The notes beneath the pieces are model-generated. The model made no database searches. It saw only the letters and a list, made by a program, of their open reading frames with translations, and was not told the DNA's origin. Source: Ignavibacteriota bacterium (GTDB lineage Bacteria > Bacteroidota > Ignavibacteria > Tepidaquicellales > OLB5). From it: a stretch of 64,000 nucleotides of DNA. Below, in pieces: positions 37,765 through 46,552 of this stretch. Every line of letters starts with the position of its first letter. Position 1 is the first letter of the stretch. The translations under genes and the position numbers were made by a program. The stretch spans positions 36,874-100,873 of the forward strand of contig RPQH01000001.1 of the NCBI GenBank assembly GCA_003820375.1, in the 5' to 3' direction.

Positions 37765-39024
37765 TTAAAGACTACTATATCTAATCTTATTAAACTTTTC
37801 TCTTTCAGCTTCAAAATCCGGATGTGCATAACCTACTGTTGTTAGCGGTGAAGCATGTCCTGCGATTGCTTGTACTGTATCTAAGGGAATGCCTGCATGC
37901 AGCATATTAGTCAATGCTGTATGTCTTGTACTGTGAAATACATATCTTCCGGCAGGAAACCCAAGTGAACGAATAACTTTATTTAGGTATTGGGATGCAG
38001 TATTTTTGTTCAATAAAGAGCCAAGTATGTAACCATTAAGGTTAAATACATTTGCATCAGCCATCTTTATATACTCTTCAAAAACAATTTCAAATACTTC
38101 CCAGATTAAAATGACGTTACGATTGTCGTGATCTTTTAGCGTGAAATTGGGCTTGTTTTCAATCTTTATATGGTCTAAAATACTCATGGCAAATTCCTTA
38201 AATTCATCAGGTGTACATGCTTTGAATCGTATGTAAATTGTTTGCCAGTGATAATCATCTTTGAATACAAAATCGTCAAACTGTAAATGCAGGATTTCAT
38301 TTAACCTCATTCCTGTATTTAATGCAATAATTGTAGCAATTTTCAATTTTGGTCTTTTTATAGCATTTAAAATGAGAGGAATATCTCTATTAGAAAAATT
38401 ACGTCTTGGTTTTTGAGCCACAATTTCATGAGTAACTTTGCTGCAGGGATTCTTCAGCATGTAACCTGAATTTACAGCTTCTTCAAATATATGATGCAAA
38501 TCCCTGAGCTCTATATTGACCGTGACAGGGGAGATAGGCTTGTAAGGTACATCCTTATTTTTAATGCATAAATTCGACATGACCTTTCTTAAATTTTTAA
38601 AATTAACAATGTCATCATATGTGTACATTTTGATCGGTTTATTACCTACCAGACTGATGAAATAACCGCAAGTACGTTGATATATGCTTTTTGTGCTTTT
38701 ACTGTAACCGTTTTCCATTCCCTTAATCAGGATATCTGTATATGATTTGAAATCCATTACTTCTGCGTTTTTAGGAATTGATGAGTCCGGGATAACATAG
38801 GTTTTAAGGTATTTATTTAAATCAGCTTTTGTTTTAACCCAGTCTGGCGGCATATGTGTTTTTTTCTCTTTTTTTAATTTACCGTCAGCAAACTTTTCTT
38901 CATACCAGTAAATTGAAAGCTGCTTTCTTAAAACAATATTTTTTCCATTGGCTTCTTTTAAATATTTTCCATCAGTTCCTTTTTTGAATATTTTTCTTAT
39001 GTAAGTATTAAATACTTTTTGCAT
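37765..39024 (-). CDS. Tyrosine recombinase/integrase, paralogue of the adjacent gene
   Basis: The catalytic block is NTGMRLNEIL ... FHSTRHTALTNML ... AGHASPLTTVGYAH. It is colinear with 36348-37607 over its full length. Confidence 0.85.
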   Translation of the reverse strand: MQKVFNTYIRKIFKKGTDGKYLKEANGKNIVLRKQLSIYWYEEKFADGKLKKEKKTHMPPDWVKTKADLNKYLKTYVIPDSSIPKNAEVMDFKSYTDILIKGMENGYSKSTKSIYQRTCGYFISLVGNKPIKMYTYDDIVNFKNLRKVMSNLCIKNKDVPYKPISPVTVNIELRDLHHIFEEAVNSGYMLKNPCSKVTHEIVAQKPRRNFSNRDIPLILNAIKRPKLKIATIIALNTGMRLNEILHLQFDDFVFKDDYHWQTIYIRFKACTPDEFKEFAMSILDHIKIENKPNFTLKDHDNRNVILIWEVFEIVFEEYIKMADANVFNLNGYILGSLLNKNTASQYLNKVIRSLGFPAGRYVFHSTRHTALTNMLHAGIPLDTVQAIAGHASPLTTVGYAHPDFEAEREKFNKIRYSSL

Positions 39025-39274
39025 AAAAGTTACTCCTCTTGGTAACCGGCTTTATAAAGCCATATACCATTATAATGTTTGAAAAAGTTGGGTGACACCC
39101 AGGGTGACACCTGAGACCTAATAAATTGTTAAATATATACTTGCATAATGCAAGTATAAAAATATTTGAGTTTGTAAATTTGTTATTCTATACAAATATA
39201 TCATATTTTTAATATAAATGCATAATGCAACAAATATTAATTTTCCGTTTTCGTCGTCTGAAAAGCCGTGTGTC

Positions 39275-39299
39275 GTCGGTTCAATTCCGGCCCTGTCCA
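39275..39299 (+). pseudogene. tRNA (or tmRNA) 3' fragment: T-arm + acceptor 3' strand only
   Basis: Reads GTCGG-TTCAATT-CCGGC-CCTGTCC-A. No matching 5' acceptor (GGACAGG), D-arm or anticodon arm could be found upstream on this strand. Confidence 0.5.
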
Positions 39300-39384
39300 C
39301 AACAAACACTATGGAAATGACATTTTTCTGTGGTGTTTTTTTATTTCCTGCCAAGAGGTTATACCATGGGTCATATCGGGAGGG

Positions 39385-39415
39385 CACGTTGCTTTACCAA
39401 CTGAGCTACCTGTCG
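39385..39415 (-). pseudogene. tRNA 5' fragment: acceptor 5' strand + D-arm only
   Basis: The minus strand reads cGACAGG-TA-GCTC-AGTTGGTA-AAGC-A.. and then cannot be folded into an anticodon or T arm. Confidence 0.45.
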
Positions 39416-39577
39416 AATCAATTATCTCCAATCCTACCGCAAACATTCTGCAAAAAAGGAGATAAACAATGTTTTTATCAAAAACGCATTACAAAAAGTA
39501 TTTTCAACTCCACTACCAAGATGAATACGGTAATATACACAAATATACCAAAATAAGTTTCATAAAGCATTAATAGA

Positions 39578-40099
39578 CTATTTTGGTATTCTTTTCTTTA
39601 TCAGGTTTATCTGCCCCCTGTGGTTGATTTCATCTTCAAAAACATGAAACCACAGGAAATAGTTATTAACGGGCTGATTGTTCCAAAAGGGAAATTCCTC
39701 ATATAGCCATTCATCGTTAACTGTTTTTAGCTTATCAAGGGTTTTATCTCTCATTGTTTTCATTTCATTGAGATAATACTCAAGGCTATAGCCTTTATAT
39801 TTATCCCAACCTTCTTTACCCATAACCGTTGAGGCATGCCACTCAGCATCTTCTTCGGGAGTCAGCTCTCTTTTCTCAAATGAATGCTTTTGAAAATAAA
39901 ATTCGGTTCCTGTAATGTGCATCAAAAGAGTACCGATAGTATTGGCTTTTTCATCAAGAATAAAATCAAGTTGTTGAGTAGTCAGTCCTTCAATTGCCCA
40001 AAGAGTTGTTTGCCTGGCATAATTCATCATTGAAACCAAGCGGCTTATCTCGGTGGTATAACCTTCAATATCAGTAATCAGAAAATCAGATTTTGCCAT
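39578..40099 (-). CDS. DinB-family (DinB_2) metal-dependent protein
   Basis: LLMHITGTEFYF ... WFHVFEDEINHRGQI histidine triad pattern. Confidence 0.65.
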   Translation of the reverse strand: MAKSDFLITDIEGYTTEISRLVSMMNYARQTTLWAIEGLTTQQLDFILDEKANTIGTLLMHITGTEFYFQKHSFEKRELTPEEDAEWHASTVMGKEGWDKYKGYSLEYYLNEMKTMRDKTLDKLKTVNDEWLYEEFPFWNNQPVNNYFLWFHVFEDEINHRGQINLIKKRIPK

Positions 40100-40427
40100 T
40101 TGTCATTATTAATTTGGAATCAAGCTTTACATACCCGTTGTATGCCAAACGGTATTTATTTCAATAAAGTTTTGAATGTTGTACCTTATCACTTAACCCA
40201 TGCAACTCAGGGAATATATTTAATTCTAAATGTTTGCCCTTTTGTTTTTTATTGGTGGCCCTTGCTATTCTTAACAGATTGGCCAAATAAATAATCTTAA
40301 AGCTGGATAAAAATGGCATAATAATTAAAAGAATTCTTACTGCTTGTAATATAGATTATGAAGCTAAATTCGTATATTAAATAATAAATCTTTTTGATAT
40401 AATTATATAACTCTTAATATACGAATT

Positions 40428-42664
40428 ATGAAAATTATCTGCACTTTACTTCTTGTTCTTTTTTTTTCTGTAAATTCTTATTCACAAACTGGTACTTACA
40501 CCTGGCTTCACCCTAAGCTTACAGCAGAACGTCTTAATGCTATTAATATTAATGGAGTTAATATATTCGTTGTTGGCAACGCAGGCGTTCTAATGATGAG
40601 TACAAACAGCGGCGCAAACTGGGTTTTTAAAAAAGTAAATGATACAACTTTTCATGATGTATTCTCAATTGGAAATGATGTTCATATTGCCGGTGGCAGT
40701 TATGATAACAGGTCAATACGCCATTATTCCAAATCAACTAACAACGGGGTAACTTTCACTTCTCTGACCCAAAACACAATTGTAACCCCCGGCGATACCC
40801 TGAATTTAAGAGCAGTGTATTTTACAGACGCCAACACCGGTTATATTGCAGGGGCAAGCGGCAAGATGTTCAGAACAACAAACGGTGGCTTGAACTGGGC
40901 TTCGGTTATAACGGGAGTTACCACAACCATTAATAAGCTTTATTTCCCGGCTTCAGGCACAGGAATGACAGGCTTTGCAATTGGCGGTTCAGGTGCAACA
41001 GCTTTTTTTCTTAAAACAATTAACGCAGGATTAAACTGGACTTCAACTACTTTATCAGCCAATCCCACCGGAAGTAATGCAACAACAATGCACTTCATTG
41101 ATGCTAACACCGGCTATATTGCAGGCGGCAGTTCTATATCTCCAATTACAACGGCTTTAAAAACTACCGATGGAGGTGCTTCATGGACTGTTTTTGATAT
41201 AGATGCTCTAAACCCTAATATCAGATATGAACTCTTCGGAGTATATGTGCTTAATGAAAATCTTGTTTATGCTGCTGGAGCCAATGGAAACATCATCCGG
41301 ACTACCGATGGCGGTGCTTCATGGCAAAAGCTTTTCCCTGAAAGTAACCTTGCTTATCAATCAGCTTACCTGACAGGTATGTCTTTCATAGGAAACACAG
41401 GATATATCAGCGGCGCGGGCGGTACAATCATAAAGGTGCAGGATACTTCCATCACGTTTATGTATGGTGAAATTATGAAACATGCTTACGATGTCCGCTT
41501 CTCAAAAACAGATTCGCTGCTCGGTTTCGTAGTAGGAGGTGGTCAACGTCAAAGCACAGGACAAACAGTTTATTACGCTTTGCTTGATAAAACCACTAAC
41601 GGCGGTGCAACTTGGACTCCTCAAATTCTTTCAAGCTCAAATATCATACTCAAAGGTATTGAAATGATTGATAACAATAACATCTGGGTTTGCGGAGATT
41701 CAGGAAAAGTTATGCGCACAACCAACAGCGGTAATTCCTGGGAATTAATTAATATAGGGGCAATTGAAAATTTAGAAGATATTCGTTTCAAAAATGCTTC
41801 AACCGGTTTCATTGGCGGTAACGGAAGAATTTTCCGTACTACTAACGGCGGTGCAAACTGGACTTTTTCAACTTTCACAGGCGGAACAAACGTGCGTGAA
41901 ATGGATATTACTCCAAACAGTACTATTGTTGCTGGTGTTAACGGTGCGTTCACCCAACGCTCTACAGATAACGGAGTAACATGGGTTTCAGCAACTGTGC
42001 CTAATTCCAATTACCCTCATAACGTTTATTTCTTAAATGATACATTAGGATGGGTTTGCGGATTGATTGCTAATATTGCAAGAACTACAAACGGTGGTAT
42101 ATCATGGACAGCACAAACCTCCGGAATATTTGCCGGTTCTCTTGATGGTGGAATGCATTTCTGGGACGTTAATAACGGCGCAGCCTGGGGTCTTACAGGA
42201 CTTGTACTTAGAACTACTAACGGGGGTGTTAACTGGTTCAAAACTTATCCATTCACACAAATGGGTGCACGCAATGTTTATTTTGCAAATAACAACCGCG
42301 GGTATATAACAACCGATATGGGCGGTTTGATGAGCTTTACTAATCTTATGACTTCGATTATTCAGGTCTCAACTGAAACTCCGAACGAGTTTAAGTTATG
42401 CCAGAATTATCCGAACCCGTTTAATCCTGTAACTAAAATTGTCTTTTCCATTCCTCCCTCGGGTGAGGCAAGGGGAGTGACTGATATTACCCTGAAGATT
42501 TATGATATCCTTGGAAGAGAAATTACACTCTTGTTAATGAAAAATTAAAGCCCGGTAATTATGAGGTTGAATGGAATGCTTCAAATTACCCAAGCGGAAT
42601 ATATTTTTATAAACTGATAAATGGTGAATACTATGAAACAAGAAAAATGGTTCTAATAAAATGA
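40428..42664 (+). pseudogene. BNR/Ycf48-like repeat secreted protein with a T9SS C-terminal sorting domain, interrupted by a 1-nt frameshift near 42533
   Basis: Signal peptide. About 12 TTNGG(A/L)NW repeats. NYPNPFNP...KIYDILGREITLL, then a stop at 42546. The +2 frame continues VNEKLKPGNYEVEWNASNYPSGIYFYKLINGEYYETRKMVLIK* to 42664, completing the domain seen intact at 58156 and 60807. Confidence 0.75.
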
Positions 42665-42745
42665 AGATTTTGTTTTTTTGGATAAGGTAAATATAATATA
42701 AAAAGGAGGCACATTGCTTCCTTTTTTATATTATATGGAAATAAA

Positions 42746-43079
42746 ATAGGTGAATGCAAACTGGGCAAAACTGATAAAAATGGTATTTCAGAAACAGATG
42801 TAAAGCTTTTACCGCAATATTGGAACAAGGGTTATGGCACAGAAATTAAAGCCGCATTAGTTAAATACCTGTTTGAAAATACTGATTGCAGGGGAGTGAA
42901 AGCAACTCCAAATAAGAAAAATATTGCTTCTCAAAAAATTGCAGGAATCAGTTGGAGCAAAAAGAGTGTCTGAAGGGAAATATGTTTTTCCTCAAAGTAT
43001 GAAATCATTTACTGTCGGCGTGGAATATTACAAATACATTGTATATAAAGATGATTGGGTGAAAAATAATTTAAAGTGA
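42746..43079 (+). pseudogene. GNAT (RimJ/RimL-like) acetyltransferase remnant: N-terminally truncated and frameshifted
   Basis: Reads IGECKLG..DVKLLPQYWNKGYGTEIKAALVKYLFENTDCRGVKATPNKKNIASQK. It then shifts frame at an A-run to LQESVGAKRVSEGKYVFPQS...VKNNLK*. There is no start codon and no N-terminal half. Confidence 0.55.
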
Positions 43080-43158
43080 AAAAATCCTAAAAAGCCATGT
43101 ACCACCATTTCAATTCCGACTCTGTCCTTTCTAACTTCTAACTTCTAACTTCTAACTT

Positions 43159-44694
43159 CTAACTAAATCCCATAACCGGTAAAATTATTCTCAATCCCAG
43201 CCATATCAGAAATCCCCCTGCAATATCAAATATAAATCCTGCTTTAATCATTTTCCGGATTGGTACAAGTCCTGTTCCGTAAACTATTGCATTGGGCGGA
43301 GTGGAAACAGGCAGCATAAATCCCCAGCTTGCTCCTAATGTTGCTCCCAATGCGGGAGGTATAGGATTCACACCTGCAGCTATTGCAATTGATATCATCA
43401 CAGGGATAACCATGTTCGCAGATGCTGTATTGGATGTTGCTTCGCTTACTATTATAGAGATAAATATTGAGGCAAGTGTAATACCCCATAACGATTCTGC
43501 TCCGCTAATATCTGTTAAGCTCTTGCCAATTACATCTGCAAGCTTTGTCTCGAACATTAATCCGCCAAGTGATAATCCGCCTCCGAATAGTAATATTGTT
43601 CCCCAGTTTATTTTGACTGCATCTTTCCATGTTATTGTAAATTTTCTCCCGCTCCAGTTTACAGGTAATAAAAACAGCAGTATTGCTCCAATCAATGCAG
43701 GCACAGCTTCTGGCATATACCTGTTGATTGATTTGAACTGTTCTGAATTTCCGCCGTAAATAACTGCAATTATTCCGGGGAGTATCCAGAGAAATACGGT
43801 TATCAGGAAAGCGGCCACTGTATTTACCTGACCCCTTGTCCATTTCCCAAGCTTTTTCTTTTCTACATCAATGAACTCATTGCTTCCTTCTATTACTTTC
43901 GCCTCCGGCTTGTTCAGATAATACATCAGCAAAAATAAAAATATGTACATGATTATAAGCATAGGTACTGCTATTGTCATCCACTGGAAAAAAGTAAAGC
44001 TGTAACCTGTGAATTTCTGTATCATTGCTATGCCTATTATATTGGGAGGTGTGCCGACCGGGGTTCCAATACCACCTGTAGATGATGCATAAGCAGCCAT
44101 CAGCATTAAACCCGTTCCGAAACCCATTTTACGCTTATCCTTCAAGGATGCTGTATATACGGATACTATACCTATACCTATTGGCATCATCATTGCAGTT
44201 GATGCTGTATTGCTTATCCACATTGATATAAAAGCACATATAAAACCGAAAACAAATAAAATTCTCGCTGTTTTACTTCCCACCCATTTCAGAGACATTA
44301 AGCTGTATGCAAAACGTTTATCCAGTCCATGAAGAGACATTGCTTTTGCAATCATAAAGCTTCCGATAAAAAGAAATATCAGCGGGTCAGCAAAGGGAGC
44401 AAATACCTGCTTTGCATCTCCGGCACCGAGCAATACACAGAGCACAGCACCAAGCAGTGCGGTAACCGGAATCGGCACCGGCTCTGTTACCCACCATATA
44501 ACAACAAATGCAATGACGGATGCAAGCACATGCGCACGGAAATCCAGGCTGCTAATGGGAATAAAATAAATTATTATTGCTGCAATGGGACCGAGGAAAA
44601 GTCCGATTATACTTCTTATCTTTTCGAACCTCTCTTCAGACGGAGTGATAACTTCCCGGAATTCTTCCGGTGGTTTATTTGAAGTTTCATGCAT
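43159..44694 (-). CDS. DASS/SLC13-family anion (di/tricarboxylate or sulfate):Na+ symporter
   Basis: Polytopic membrane protein with two SNT hairpin motifs (ISNTASTAMMMP, ATSNTASANMVIP). Confidence 0.75.
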   Translation of the reverse strand: MHETSNKPPEEFREVITPSEERFEKIRSIIGLFLGPIAAIIIYFIPISSLDFRAHVLASVIAFVVIWWVTEPVPIPVTALLGAVLCVLLGAGDAKQVFAPFADPLIFLFIGSFMIAKAMSLHGLDKRFAYSLMSLKWVGSKTARILFVFGFICAFISMWISNTASTAMMMPIGIGIVSVYTASLKDKRKMGFGTGLMLMAAYASSTGGIGTPVGTPPNIIGIAMIQKFTGYSFTFFQWMTIAVPMLIIMYIFLFLLMYYLNKPEAKVIEGSNEFIDVEKKKLGKWTRGQVNTVAAFLITVFLWILPGIIAVIYGGNSEQFKSINRYMPEAVPALIGAILLFLLPVNWSGRKFTITWKDAVKINWGTILLFGGGLSLGGLMFETKLADVIGKSLTDISGAESLWGITLASIFISIIVSEATSNTASANMVIPVMISIAIAAGVNPIPPALGATLGASWGFMLPVSTPPNAIVYGTGLVPIRKMIKAGFIFDIAGGFLIWLGLRIILPVMGFS

Positions 44695-44865
44695 ATATCT
44701 GTTGGAAATTTCAGTAAAATAAGAAAACTTTTAGTTATATAATGTATAAAATCTATATCACTTAAACTTATATGTATAAGTAAATTGAATAAAAATACAG
44801 TATAAACTATATTGCATTTATAATCTCACACTCCATTAAAAATTAATGTCAGTTAATTTTATGTT

Positions 44866-45675
44866 ATGAAAAAGACAATTGCAGCAATTCAGGAAAAAAC
44901 TGATGGTTCAAAAAGTAAGAAGCTCAAAAAGGATTTTAAAAAAGATTCAATAGGTCAGCAGTTCATTGAATTAACAAACTATGAAAATCTAAAAAAATCT
45001 GACCAGTCATTAAATAAACCCCAGCCTCCTCTTCAGCTTGAATATGACAAAAACTTATCTCTAATTGATTTACCGGAACCCGCTAACATTAATATAGAGA
45101 CTGCGGATTTACGGAATACAATTGAACAACGGAGAAGCATAAGAACCTATTCAGATATACCATTAACAATAAATGAACTGTCATATCTTTTATGGTGCAC
45201 ACAGGGTGTAAAAAAGAACATAAGAGGAATCGCAACGTTAAGAAATGTTCCGTCAGCAGGTGCACGCCATGCTTTTGAAACATATTTACTCATCAATAAT
45301 GTAGAAGGATTACTGCCCGGGTTATACAGGTATCTTGCACTTGAACATAAATTGATTTGTGTTTCCGGTGATGCAGAATTAGCTGACAGGATTTCTATTG
45401 CTTGTTTAGACCAAAATTTTATAAAAGCCAGCGCAGTTACTTTCTTCTGGATTGCTGTTCCGCAAAGAATGAACTGGCGGTACGGAGAAAGAGGATACAG
45501 ATATCTGTACCTTGATGCAGGACATGTTTGCCAGAATTTATATTTATGTGCAGAAACAATCAACTGCGGAACATGTGCAATAGCTGCATATAATGATAAT
45601 GAATTGAATAATATACTGGAACTCGACGGAAAGGAACAGTTCGTAATTTACCTGGCAACAGTTGGTAAGAAGTAA
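44866..45675 (+). CDS. SagB/ThcOx-type nitroreductase-fold dehydrogenase
   Basis: RRSIRTYSD and VPSAGARHAFETYLLI motifs. Confidence 0.65.
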   Translation: MKKTIAAIQEKTDGSKSKKLKKDFKKDSIGQQFIELTNYENLKKSDQSLNKPQPPLQLEYDKNLSLIDLPEPANINIETADLRNTIEQRRSIRTYSDIPLTINELSYLLWCTQGVKKNIRGIATLRNVPSAGARHAFETYLLINNVEGLLPGLYRYLALEHKLICVSGDAELADRISIACLDQNFIKASAVTFFWIAVPQRMNWRYGERGYRYLYLDAGHVCQNLYLCAETINCGTCAIAAYNDNELNNILELDGKEQFVIYLATVGKK

Positions 45676-45764
45676 ACCAATTCGCCATTACTTAATTAAA
45701 TTTTAAATGAAAAGGAGCTTTTGTAAGCTCCTTTTCATTTAAGAGAATCTCAATATTTAACTTT

Positions 45765-46241
45765 TTAAAATTTCGGTATCGGAATAATTTCATTAACATT
45801 TTTTTCATATTGTATATATTCATCTCCAAACTTTTCTTTTAGATAGTTATATTCAGCTTTAATCACGCACTTAAATACAAAGTACATTAATACTGCAGTT
45901 GTCAAAGCCAGCCATGAATTAATAAGCAGTGATATAGCAGGTATTATGAATACAATAAATGCTGAATAAAGGGGGTTCCGGCATAATGAATAAGGTCCTT
46001 TGGTTAACAGCTTTCCATTTTGAAATTCTTTTAATAAAGTTCTTGCAGATGAAATATAAAAAATTATTCCTAATATTAAAAGTATTGTGCCTAAAATGGT
46101 TGTTAAATTCCAGGGAATGAAATCCAGATTAAATATATTTGGATATAAATAGGATAATATTATTGTTAAGGCAAAGTACGGAAATGTTATTAATGCCATC
46201 TTTGGACCAATTCCCCACATTGACATATTTTGTGTAGCCAT
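45765..46241 (-). CDS. ICMT/PEMT-like membrane methyltransferase family protein
   Basis: The motif is LTKGPYSLCRNPLYSAF. The protein has 4 TM helices. Confidence 0.6.
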   Translation of the reverse strand: MATQNMSMWGIGPKMALITFPYFALTIILSYLYPNIFNLDFIPWNLTTILGTILLILGIIFYISSARTLLKEFQNGKLLTKGPYSLCRNPLYSAFIVFIIPAISLLINSWLALTTAVLMYFVFKCVIKAEYNYLKEKFGDEYIQYEKNVNEIIPIPKF

Positions 46242-46552
46242 GAGAGTTTTAATCTAAATTATGATTTGTTTATAACACTTATCTAAGTGTTAAATTTTAT
46301 GTAATATTTTTGATTACACAAATATATATTTTTAGTTAAATTTTATCTATGTAAAATATAACTAAGAGCACCTGAAGCAGAATTATAATATTCTATTATC
46401 GGATGTAAAAAATCTAATTATAAGGAATGTACAATAACTGCACAATTTTAGCTTTACCACTAAAATTATATTTTACAAAAGAATGCTTTATGAACACAAA
46501 TTAATTATTTTAATTATTATTTTTAGAGTACATTAGTTAATATCAAACTCTT

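Noticed and set aside
39118-39556. ORFs 39118-39387 (-), 39218-39556 (+) and 39268-39465 (+), and an intact tRNA gene in this interval.
   Set aside because: The ORFs overlap tRNA-like sequence; ..DRAGIEPTT.. is the classic translation of a T-arm. I could fold only a 3' fragment on + and a 5' fragment on -, and no complete cloverleaf. This needs tRNAscan to settle.
43244-44682. Overlapping ORFs inside the DASS transporter gene (43244-43489 -, 43292-43759 +, 43505-43843 -, 44329-44682 +).
   Set aside because: These are alternative-frame artefacts of a long GC-richer membrane-protein gene whose own frame carries the SNT transporter motifs.
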